Position numbers and translations under genes: made by a program | Part shown: positions 28,424 to 37,408 of the stretch, in pieces | Layout of the letters: each line of letters opens with the position of its first letter | How positions within the stretch are numbered: the first letter of the stretch is position 1 | Assembly: GCA_034505795.1 (NCBI GenBank) | Contig: JAPDQM010000001.1 | Span: forward strand, 6,094 to 70,093 | Length of the DNA stretch: 64,000 nucleotides | Direction: 5' to 3' | Source: Candidatus Zhuqueibacterota bacterium | GTDB lineage: Bacteria; Zhuqueibacterota; Zhuqueibacteria; Thermofontimicrobiales; Thermofontimicrobiaceae | The notes under the pieces: model-generated | Databases searched by the model: none | What the model saw: the letters and a program-made list of their open reading frames with translations, nothing else | What the model was told of the DNA's origin: nothing

Positions 28424-28759
28424 ATGAATCCCATTACATTACAACAATGCCAGCACCTCGTCGACGAATGGATCAACACCATCGGCGTGCGCTATTTTTC
28501 CGAATTGACCAATCTGGCGCAATTGGTGGAAGAAGTCGGCGAGGTCGCCCGCATCATGTCCCGCACGTATGGCGACCAGAGCTTCAAAAAATCGGATGAG
28601 GAGAAAAAGCTATCAGAAGAATTGGCTGATGTATTTTTCGTGCTCGTCTGCATTGCCAATCAAACGGGCGTGGATTTGACCGAGGCGTTCTGGCAGGGGA
28701 TGGAAAAACGAACGGAACGGGATCGGGAACGACATCGGAATAACGAGAAATTGAAATAA
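28424..28759 (+). CDS. MazG-like nucleotide pyrophosphohydrolase (small all-alpha NTP-PPase)
   Basis: 111 aa with the EEVGEVARI...EELADVFFVL metal-binding EExxE/ExxD pattern of MazG/YpjD-type NTP pyrophosphatases. Confidence 0.7.
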   Translation: MNPITLQQCQHLVDEWINTIGVRYFSELTNLAQLVEEVGEVARIMSRTYGDQSFKKSDEEKKLSEELADVFFVLVCIANQTGVDLTEAFWQGMEKRTERDRERHRNNEKLK

Positions 28760-28800
28760 TGCAAATTCAGTCACTCGGCTACTCGCAATGTGAATGCCTA

Positions 28801-30258
28801 TTAATCAAAGTAGTTCGTTACATCAAAAATTTCTATACCTTTTCCCTGTAAGCTGATTTTTAAATCATCAGGTGAAACATCTCCGACAAAAACAGCCTTT
28901 CGATAGGTTTTGAAACGCCTTTTTTTTGAAATGATTTCTGATTGCTCCTGAAATTGATTAACGATAGCGCTGGTAATCCTTTTGCTGCTCAATTTGCATT
29001 CCCCGATCAAACATAAATCTCCTTTTTCCTGATAAGCCAGGAGATCGATTTCATTTTGCCCCCGATCCCAATATTTCCCCACAACATCAAAGGGAAACTG
29101 ATTGGGCTTTTCGATACATTGTCGTTGCAGCCAATCTAAAATTAATTTTTCAAATTGAACGCCAAAGAAATTGGGCAAGTCAGCTTTCACTTTGGGGATT
29201 ATTGCATCTCCAGAATAGTTTTCCAGCAGGCTAAAATTTTTATGGACATATCGAAACCAGAAGGTCAGAAAATTATCCTTCAAATAATAGCGATTACTTT
29301 TTCCTTCATCGCTACTGAAGACACTGGATTTTCGTTCAATCAAATCATAATAGTTCAGCAATTCATCCAGGTACTTGCCAATGCTATTCGGTAGAATTCC
29401 AGTGTGGGTAGAAATGTCGTTCCACTGAGTGAAGCCGCTAGCGATTGCCTCTAAAATTGAAAAATACCGGCCATAATTTTTACCAAATTCCTCAATCGTC
29501 AATTCTTTACCTTCATTGAAAAGAAGGCCGTCATTACGAAGTGCCAGACGTTGAATAATCTCAATGATGTCTTTGCCAAATAGATTTTCTCTTTCCATCA
29601 AATAATAATAAAAAGGGATGCCGTTGAACAGGAGCTGCAATTTTAGCTTTTCTCCCTGATTTAATTCAGTCTGTTGAGCAAACAAGCTGTTCATTTCTGC
29701 TACAGAAAAAGGCTTGAGGATCATCTTACCTGTTAAGCGTTTGAACAATGGTTCTTTTTGATCTTCAAATAGCGTATGCATGACGGTTTGCAGGGAGCCG
29801 ATGACAATGATGTGCCCTTTGATTTTATCCTTATACTCATCCCAATATTTTTGAACGATTGAAAAGACAGAAGCATCGACATAAAGAAAATTTTGAAACT
29901 CATCAAAAACAAAGGTATAATTTTTCCGTTCCAGCGTCTGGAAAAGAAATTTGAAAAATCCGTCGAAATTGGCAAATTGCAAGCCTGAAATTTCAGGGAA
30001 TTGTTGCGTCAAGAGCTCGGTGAACTCAACCAGCATGGCTTTGGGCTGTTTGCGAGAGACAAAAAAATAACAATTGGGGATATTATTTTGTTCTAGAAAA
30101 TGCTTGACCAGGGTAGTTTTTCCAATCCGTCTTCTGCCCGTGATCATGGTTAAATAGCCACCCACCGATGCGCGGGCAAGCTCATTGATCTCTCGAAGCC
30201 TGGCGAGCTCTGCTTTTCTTCCAATAAATTCCATTTTGACTGTACCATTTTGTATCAT
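28801..30258 (-). CDS. AAA+ ATPase (archaeal-ATPase/DEXX-box family) with C-terminal DUF234 / PD-(D/E)xK-like nuclease-fold domain
   Basis: N-terminal FIGRKAEL...ITGRRRIGKTTL Walker A and FDEFQ Walker B. The C-terminus carries EIDLLAY...LCLIGECK, which resembles a D-x(n)-E-x-K nuclease motif. GC is about 38%. Alternative start at 30234. Confidence 0.7.
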   Translation of the reverse strand: MIQNGTVKMEFIGRKAELARLREINELARASVGGYLTMITGRRRIGKTTLVKHFLEQNNIPNCYFFVSRKQPKAMLVEFTELLTQQFPEISGLQFANFDGFFKFLFQTLERKNYTFVFDEFQNFLYVDASVFSIVQKYWDEYKDKIKGHIIVIGSLQTVMHTLFEDQKEPLFKRLTGKMILKPFSVAEMNSLFAQQTELNQGEKLKLQLLFNGIPFYYYLMERENLFGKDIIEIIQRLALRNDGLLFNEGKELTIEEFGKNYGRYFSILEAIASGFTQWNDISTHTGILPNSIGKYLDELLNYYDLIERKSSVFSSDEGKSNRYYLKDNFLTFWFRYVHKNFSLLENYSGDAIIPKVKADLPNFFGVQFEKLILDWLQRQCIEKPNQFPFDVVGKYWDRGQNEIDLLAYQEKGDLCLIGECKLSSKRITSAIVNQFQEQSEIISKKRRFKTYRKAVFVGDVSPDDLKISLQGKGIEIFDVTNYFD

Positions 30259-30594
30259 ACCAATTCGTACGATAAATATAATGTTTTTAGATTAAAATGC
30301 AATAAGAATTTTTCAGCTATTCTTATTCTGCAATTATAAGGAGTAATATAGCTGCCAAAGCAGGATAAGGGGAAGAGGGAAAAAATTCAAGCCGAGAACG
30401 AAACCTATCAATCCGGCAAAGGTTAGGTATTTGATTGCTTGCCGTCTGAACAATAAAGGATTCTCTGCGGAGCTGAGGCAGGCATATGTTCAACCGTTGC
30501 GAAGGTTCGGAACCCTCGCAAGGCGAGTTCTTGTGTGAAAATTCATGGACAATCAGCAATTTTTTTGCCCCTTGTTCGACGCCATACTCCATGC

Positions 30595-31539
30595 CTAAAA
30601 CAACCCTACTGATTTTAAAAGAAAAACCCCCAACGATATGGTGAATATTGAGCCCAATGTGGTCATCACAATGATATTCCCGGCCAGGGCGCTGTTACTG
30701 CCCATGGCTTCGGCCATGACAAAGCTGACAATCGCCGAGGGCGTAGCGAATAACAAGAATATCACCCCCAGATCCTCGCCGGTCAGTCCCAGTCGCAACG
30801 CCAGCAAGGTAATAGTAGCGGGGATGACGACGATTTTCAATACCGTTGCGGCAATGGCCAGGCGGGATTCCTTTTTGATGCTTTCAAAATCCAGCGATCC
30901 GCCGATGCCCAACAATGCCAACGGCAGCGTGATGGCGGCCAGACTGTGGACTGTGGTGGTGATGAATTGTGGCAATTCAATGTCAAAATAGGAGAACGGA
31001 ATTGCTGCCGCTGTGGCCAGGATCAAGGGATTGGTGATGATCTCGAAAAGAATTTTCTTCCAGCCTAGCTTTTTCTCATGATGCAGCGGGGCGGTAAGGG
31101 CGACGATGGCCAGCACATTGTAAAGCGGCATGACAAAGGCCAACAAGATGGCCGCCTTGCCGAGCGCCCGGGTGCCAAACAGATTGGCTACCAGCGCAAA
31201 GCCGATGATGGCAAAATTGCTCCGAAAACTCCCCTGGATAAATGCCCCGCGGTCGCGACCACTGGAAGATAAAATTGAGGCCAGAAGCCAGCTCAGCGCA
31301 AAAAAGAAACATACGCTGGCATAGACGAAGCCTATTTCTTTCAGGCTGAACATGATTTGCAGGTCGGTTCGAGAGAGACTTTCAAAGACTAACGCCGGAG
31401 CTGCAAGCGAAAAGACAATTTTGGATGATAGGTTGATAAAGTTGCCGTTGATCAGCCCTCTTTTTTTTAGCCACCAACCGATGAAGACAATTAAAAATAC
31501 CGGGGCGACACCGTTGATTGAAAAGATCAAATTTTCCAT
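30595..31539 (-). CDS. AEC (auxin efflux carrier) family transporter
   Basis: 10-TM duplicated-repeat permease with AEC-type conserved loops. Confidence 0.75.
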   Translation of the reverse strand: MENLIFSINGVAPVFLIVFIGWWLKKRGLINGNFINLSSKIVFSLAAPALVFESLSRTDLQIMFSLKEIGFVYASVCFFFALSWLLASILSSSGRDRGAFIQGSFRSNFAIIGFALVANLFGTRALGKAAILLAFVMPLYNVLAIVALTAPLHHEKKLGWKKILFEIITNPLILATAAAIPFSYFDIELPQFITTTVHSLAAITLPLALLGIGGSLDFESIKKESRLAIAATVLKIVVIPATITLLALRLGLTGEDLGVIFLLFATPSAIVSFVMAEAMGSNSALAGNIIVMTTLGSIFTISLGVFLLKSVGLF

Positions 31540-31563
31540 GAAACGAATTTCTATTTTATTGGA

Positions 31564-32682
31564 TTACAAAATCGCCTTTTTCTTTTCGAGATAATACAGG
31601 TAATTTTCAAAGGTGACATCCGATGGCAGGCGATGATCCACCATCGGGATGTAGCCTCCCTGTTCGACGAGTGGCGCCAGCCGCGATAGTTCAAGGTCGA
31701 TAGCCGCCTTGCCTTTGATCAATTCCATTTTGTTCACGCCACCCATCAGCAGAAGATCCCGGCCATAGATTTGCCGCAATTTAATGGGATCGGTATGCAG
31801 CGCTTCGATAGGAAACATGCAATTGATACCTGCTTCCAGCCAGCCGGGAATCAATTCATAAATGCAGCCATCGCAATCCAGGATATTGAGATCAACACCA
31901 TATTTTTTCAGTGCTCGAGTGATTCGTTGATAGCGAGGCACCATTAATTCCTGAAACAATCGAGGCGAGATGAGTGGCCCTTTGTTGTAGCACATGTCTT
32001 CCCACCACCAGGCCATGTCGACAGTCACACCGGGCAGCGCTTTGTCGATGAGCGACAGCGTCAAATCGGTCAGATGTTCCATCATCTCTTCCACCCAATC
32101 CCGATCGGTCATAATGGCAATGGAGATGTTTTCTACACCCATCCAGTTGCGCAACACACCGTAAAGCGAACCGGCGTCGAATCGAATCGGCATTCCCTGT
32201 TGATGCGCTTGCTGCACTGCTTGTTGGATATCGCCGATGCGGGTGGCCAGAGCGCTGTTTAAGCGTTCTTCTTTATAGCGCTCCCAATCGGCTCGATTTT
32301 CGATGCCATATTTGAGGTAGCGAGGAATGCTCTCGCCGGTTTTCGGCACCTCGCAGATAATCCCCTCCTCGTTCTGAATGACCCTGTATTTCTCTGATTC
32401 TTCCAGGATACGATACTCAAACCGAGGGAATAGAACATTTTTCACCGGGAGCCAGGGTATGATTTCGACACCCTCCAGCCCCAGATATCGTTCCACATCT
32501 TCATTTGTTCTGATTGTCAACGGCAAACCTTGATGATGCCATTTTTCAATGGTCTCATCCCAATAACCGAATTCCATGTTGGGAATGCAATCGGGCTGTT
32601 GCCAATGCATGACTTTCTGAAAGCGCTCTCGAGTCGTCAAGTTCGTCTCCAATTTTATCGCGGATGTTTTGTTCCCGGGCAA
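31564..32682 (-). CDS. uroporphyrinogen decarboxylase (URO-D)-like family protein
   Basis: URO-D fold motifs (RERF..V..., DHRLPSD). It lies 25 nt upstream of the AEC gene on the same strand. Confidence 0.65.
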   Translation of the reverse strand: MPGNKTSAIKLETNLTTRERFQKVMHWQQPDCIPNMEFGYWDETIEKWHHQGLPLTIRTNEDVERYLGLEGVEIIPWLPVKNVLFPRFEYRILEESEKYRVIQNEEGIICEVPKTGESIPRYLKYGIENRADWERYKEERLNSALATRIGDIQQAVQQAHQQGMPIRFDAGSLYGVLRNWMGVENISIAIMTDRDWVEEMMEHLTDLTLSLIDKALPGVTVDMAWWWEDMCYNKGPLISPRLFQELMVPRYQRITRALKKYGVDLNILDCDGCIYELIPGWLEAGINCMFPIEALHTDPIKLRQIYGRDLLLMGGVNKMELIKGKAAIDLELSRLAPLVEQGGYIPMVDHRLPSDVTFENYLYYLEKKKAIL

Positions 32683-32986
32683 TCTAATAATCGCTGACCA
32701 AAAAGCAATGACTGCTAAAATATCATTTGCTCATTATGAAAGATCGATCCAATCCATATAGCGGCGCGATTTATAAAGGCATTTAATATAAGTTTTGCTT
32801 TGTTAAATAGCAAGCTAAAAGTTCGGCAATTTTCAAAATTCTGATGTGATCTGGGAAGATGAAATGATCAATCAGGTAGAGGACCTCCACTGGTCGTAGC
32901 ACCGAGCCAGAGAAAAACGTGTGCTGAAATATGGACAGAATTCAATCAGCATATAGCTATCGATCGATCAATCAATTCAAATACGG

Positions 32987-33020
32987 CTAACTGGTTATTG
33001 ATACGACCGGTTAGCCGTTA
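32987..33020 (-). terminator. putative terminator hairpin downstream of S8 protease gene
   Basis: CGGCTAACTGG / CCGGTTAGCCG form an 11-bp stem with one mismatch, followed on the minus strand by T-rich TATTTGAATT. Confidence 0.35.
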
Positions 33021-33055
33021 CCGCATAGTTATGGAATATGCTTCGAAGGAATAGT

Positions 33056-36000
33056 TCAGCGAGCCAAAACCATTTTTCGTGAGGCTTCGAAATCTCCAGC
33101 TTTCATTTTATAAATAAAAATGCCACTCCCGACATGGCGGCCTTGATCATCCAGCCCATCCCACTGAATCCGATAATGGCCGGGTTTTTTAATCTCACCC
33201 ACCAGCGTTCGCAGAAGTTGGCCCATCAAGTTGAAGACCTCGATACGCACGGCTGCTGTCTTCGGAACCTCATAGCTGATTATCGTTTGGCTGTTGAAGG
33301 GATTGGGGTAATTTTGAAGCAATTTCCAATTCCTGGGCAAATCCTGTTCCCACGTTCGTTCGATGGCGGTGATGGTATGAGGTTGGTCGTCGATCATGAC
33401 TTCAGCCAGGGTGACATCGGCTGCCGAAGGATTCGATGGCACCTGCTGATTAAAAATGAATTCGAAGGTGATGGATTTATTTATTAGTGTCTGGCTAACC
33501 GCAAAGGCGACCCTCACCTCCTGTTGGGAGGTTGTGGCTGCTTGAATGAGCCCAGCCTGGGATGGCTGAACGATCCGGCAGCCTTGAAATTTGAGGCTGG
33601 GATTATTGAGAACTAATTTGAAGTTGCCACCAAAGGCCTCGTCGGCTATTTCCAGGTCAATCGATAATTTCACCCTATCATCGGCGGTCGGTTGGAATGG
33701 ATGAAAATAAGCCGCCAGCCGGGACGAGCCCTGCCCCGGAAGTATGGCCCAATTACCAGAAACATCACCGGTCAGTATGCCCACAAAATCCTGGTTTGCT
33801 TGATCCGCTTGAAGCGGTGAAAATGTCCGAGAAAGCGGTGCGCTGGCCCAATTGTTCCTATCGAGAGGGTAGTCGTGGGGCAGAAAGGTCCATTCTCGAT
33901 TTGAGGGAAATTCGTTGATGAGGCCAACGAAGTATTGTAGGATGAGAGCCGCATCCATAGAACTGACCTCACCATTGCCATTCACATCAGCAGCGATCAT
34001 CTGATAAGGCGACAGGGTCAGGCTGCCCGCTACGTGACGCAAGATCAGCGACGCGTCGTAGGGGCTAATGGCATTTTTGGTATGTCCCTGGTGCTTAGGG
34101 GTGACTCTGTAATCACCAATTGCCAGATGAGAAAAGGCGTAGCCACCATTGTTATCCGTAATGATTCGTTGGGATGCCGAGCCATCCAACTGGACGGTTA
34201 CGTTCGGTACAGCAGCGGCGGAGTTGCTGAAATATTTCAAACGACCGCTGATGTTCGAGAAGCGATTTTTAACTTGCATTGTTACGGGAAGGATTGTGGT
34301 CGGCCGACTCGGATCATTGCTGGCGATAAGAACATTACCATAATAGGTGCCAGCCACGAGCGTATCGCCAGCGACTATGGTGTTGAACGAAACTTGAACA
34401 TCCTGATGGTTGGCTGGGGCTAATTCACCGGCGGTTGGGGATAATTGCACCCATGGCGCCACCGATTCGCCGACAACTGCAATATCGTCCACAGCGATAT
34501 CGGCATTGTTGCTGGCCAACACTTGAAAAGCAATCCTCACACGAGGCCAGCCGCGATAAGCAGAGAGATCAATAACTGTATAGTACCAGGTAAAATCCTC
34601 CCAGACGCCGATGTCGCCGAACGTCCATAACGACTTCCAGGTGGTGCCGCCGTCGGTGCTGACTTTGACGAATAAATCGCCATTGTCATTAGGATCCACA
34701 TGCCAGTAGTAGCTACTGAGCCACCAAAAGCTCAATGCAGGAGACGCCACCGTTGAAAAATCCAGGTCGGGCGTGATTAGCCATTCATTCAGGTCATAGC
34801 CCCAGTAACAGCTTGCACTGTAATTGCCCGAAAAAAGGTAGGTCAGGCTGTCGATGGTCCAGTGGGCAGGATTGGTGCTGCCGGGCTTGCTGTTGCCGTC
34901 AATTTTGGTCCAGCCGCGCGGTGGCATAAGTCCCGCTTCGAAGCTTTCAAATAACAGGATTTCTGAGGCGGAAATTGCTGAATGGTGGGAACGCCAATCT
35001 GTGCTCGTTAATTCTGGATGGATCTGTCGCTGCGCATTATGTGCGGGCGTAAGCGATGGTATGGGGCGAGGTTGGAGCATAGTTTTGGCCTGTGTCGGTT
35101 CAATTGGGATTTTACGCTTTTGGCTGTTGGCTATCAGGTTCCAGGTTTGAGAATTTGGTTGCCAGCTCAAACTATAACTGAGCGTTTTGCCACCGGCATT
35201 GGAAATGGACATGATTCGAGTGGCGCTTTCGCCACGAAATAGCGAAACACTGAAAGAGTCCGGCGCAACGGTGATGGTTGGCGGCGGCACTAGAGCCGCA
35301 GAGATGGCGTGATAGGTATTGAGCCGGCCAAAGCCAAAGGCGTAATCGTATCCAACAAGCCCCAGATCGATAGCCGTACTGTTCAACAATTCACCGACGT
35401 TTATTGCGTTGAGGGAAGCATCTGCTTCTCGCACCAGCGCGGCAATTCCTGCGGCGTGCGGGGCTGCAGCCGACGTGCCAAAGAATGGATTGCTGAAATA
35501 GCCCAGTTGGCCGACTTTGGTTTGAACCCCATCAATAGCGGCGTGGTCTGGTTTGTTACGTTCCTGGCTGGTTAAGGGATTGCCCTGCAGGTCGTAGGCA
35601 TAGATGCGAACCGGCCCCTGACTGCTGTAATATTCGATGTCGTCATTGCCAGGATCTTTGGCATAGATGGCGCCCACCGTTAGGCAGCGATTGGCGCCTG
35701 CGTGGCCATAAATAGCACCTCCCTGGCCTACATACTGGGTGGGAGTGACACCAGTTCCAAAGGTATAGATCGATAGATTTCGAGCCGCCCCACTGTTTTT
35801 GCGCACACACAGATGGACTTTTACCGTGGCGGTTTTGGAATTGGTATAGCTGAGAATTTCGGTGGGATCGTCATTTCCATCCTGAAAAGTGATGCTGGAG
35901 GCCAAGTCGATCGTTAACTGCTCGTTATAGAGATAGAGATCATAATCGTCATGCGATTGACCGAAACGATTGTTCCATTGCAGCACGGCGATAATTTTCG

Positions 36001-37102
36001 CTTTGGAATTGAGCTGAATATCCATGGTTTCGTCATCAGAGGCAAAATTGTACCAACCATCGTCATCGGTATCAACAAAATCGCCCTCATGATGATCCTG
36101 CTGCAAATTGCCGGCGGCAGAAATATAAACTACATTGCTATCCTTGACGATCGAGTCCACGATCTGCGCAATGATGCCATCTTCATACACGGGCTCGAGG
36201 TGATAGAGGACATCATCGCAAATGATCGAGCAGCCGGCTTTTTTCAGTAGCAGAATGTTATTTGCAAAATCGGCCTGATCATTACCATAATCGGCAAATG
36301 CCAGCGCCGCTGCGGGTGCAATGTCGTGGATAATTTCCATCATTGCCGTGCCTTCATCTCCGCTAAAACGATGCTTAATAATGTCCACCGATGTTGGCAA
36401 ATCGCCGCTGGCTTGAGCATTGGAAAGATGAGTGCAGGCATCGGAAATAACGCCGATTTTCTGCCCGGCACCGGAAACCCCGAAGCTGGTGCGGGCCTGG
36501 TCAGCCCAGAGGATGCCATCGCCTTCGGTGGTCACCGCACCCGTCAGAATCTCTGGTTTATCTGTGGGACGAATATGAAAGATGGGCGTTAAGCGGGCAA
36601 CCTCGATAATGCGATCGTAGGGCAGCCAGCCGGTAATCGCATGAAGATGGGGAGCGATGGGCAAATGTTGGGTGGTAGCTTCTATTTCGAATTCCAATCC
36701 TGCAAGCGTAGATAGCAGCGAAGGTGTTATCTCGGTGGTTCTCAGCGTGAGGTGGCAGCGACCTCTGGCGTCTACTTCCAACAGCGGGGTTGAGAAATCG
36801 GCAACGATGCGCTGCTGCGCTAACGTCTGACGGCTGAGGCCAAGAGTGTTGATGGCAGTGAGAACATCATAGAGATGGGAACTGAGTTTGTGCATGTGAG
36901 ATGGCAGCGCCAGGCGCTCGTTTTTCCCGGCGAGGGCTTGTCGTGTGGTCTGCTCTGGCATCTGTTGTCCGTATCCTGGATTCAACCAGCCGAGGCCATG
37001 GATGAGCCAAACGATGATCGCCAATCGAAAGGTGATTTGCAATTTTCTGAGAATCATATCGAGACCCCCATAGAGATTAGATTGAGCTTGTGGCGCAAGC
37101 AA
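33056..37102 (-). CDS. secreted S8 subtilisin-like peptidase (1348 aa) with dockerin-like repeat and C-terminal T9SS-type sorting domain
   Basis: Signal peptide is present. Asp, His and Ser (GTSAAAPHAAGIAALV) catalytic motifs are present. Contains DVNGNGEVSSMDAALILQYFVGL (dockerin-type calcium-binding repeat). The C-terminal roughly 80 aa begins NYPNPFNSQTIISYEVP... and looks like a Por/T9SS C-terminal sorting domain. Confidence 0.8.
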   Translation of the reverse strand: MLAPQAQSNLYGGLDMILRKLQITFRLAIIVWLIHGLGWLNPGYGQQMPEQTTRQALAGKNERLALPSHMHKLSSHLYDVLTAINTLGLSRQTLAQQRIVADFSTPLLEVDARGRCHLTLRTTEITPSLLSTLAGLEFEIEATTQHLPIAPHLHAITGWLPYDRIIEVARLTPIFHIRPTDKPEILTGAVTTEGDGILWADQARTSFGVSGAGQKIGVISDACTHLSNAQASGDLPTSVDIIKHRFSGDEGTAMMEIIHDIAPAAALAFADYGNDQADFANNILLLKKAGCSIICDDVLYHLEPVYEDGIIAQIVDSIVKDSNVVYISAAGNLQQDHHEGDFVDTDDDGWYNFASDDETMDIQLNSKAKIIAVLQWNNRFGQSHDDYDLYLYNEQLTIDLASSITFQDGNDDPTEILSYTNSKTATVKVHLCVRKNSGAARNLSIYTFGTGVTPTQYVGQGGAIYGHAGANRCLTVGAIYAKDPGNDDIEYYSSQGPVRIYAYDLQGNPLTSQERNKPDHAAIDGVQTKVGQLGYFSNPFFGTSAAAPHAAGIAALVREADASLNAINVGELLNSTAIDLGLVGYDYAFGFGRLNTYHAISAALVPPPTITVAPDSFSVSLFRGESATRIMSISNAGGKTLSYSLSWQPNSQTWNLIANSQKRKIPIEPTQAKTMLQPRPIPSLTPAHNAQRQIHPELTSTDWRSHHSAISASEILLFESFEAGLMPPRGWTKIDGNSKPGSTNPAHWTIDSLTYLFSGNYSASCYWGYDLNEWLITPDLDFSTVASPALSFWWLSSYYWHVDPNDNGDLFVKVSTDGGTTWKSLWTFGDIGVWEDFTWYYTVIDLSAYRGWPRVRIAFQVLASNNADIAVDDIAVVGESVAPWVQLSPTAGELAPANHQDVQVSFNTIVAGDTLVAGTYYGNVLIASNDPSRPTTILPVTMQVKNRFSNISGRLKYFSNSAAAVPNVTVQLDGSASQRIITDNNGGYAFSHLAIGDYRVTPKHQGHTKNAISPYDASLILRHVAGSLTLSPYQMIAADVNGNGEVSSMDAALILQYFVGLINEFPSNREWTFLPHDYPLDRNNWASAPLSRTFSPLQADQANQDFVGILTGDVSGNWAILPGQGSSRLAAYFHPFQPTADDRVKLSIDLEIADEAFGGNFKLVLNNPSLKFQGCRIVQPSQAGLIQAATTSQQEVRVAFAVSQTLINKSITFEFIFNQQVPSNPSAADVTLAEVMIDDQPHTITAIERTWEQDLPRNWKLLQNYPNPFNSQTIISYEVPKTAAVRIEVFNLMGQLLRTLVGEIKKPGHYRIQWDGLDDQGRHVGSGIFIYKMKAGDFEASRKMVLAR

Positions 37103-37408
37103 TTGGCAGAATTGTTATAACTGCCCTGAATCGCAGCACCCGTACGGCACCCATTCTTTGTTGATAGCAAAGGAGAATGAGATTCACCGAATACAAATTT
37201 AAGTAAATTAGCACGCAATTTTCAAATAAGCAACAGGAGATTGCTATGGTGAAATTTTTCTGCAAAGATTGAGCCAAACGGAATGGATGAAAATTCATCG
37301 GGTAAATTGCCTTGCAAAATTAATTATTGTTTCATGTTAAAAAAATGTCTACATTAAGGACAGCATTAAATTGAACCATCAGCATCGAGACAGGAGGGAT
37401 AGCTAATC

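Noticed and set aside
33134-36592. Multiple short plus-strand ORFs inside the S8 protease gene and minus-strand ORFs inside htpG, pepD, ppiD and tamB
   Set aside because: They are shadows of long, domain-supported genes on the opposite strand.
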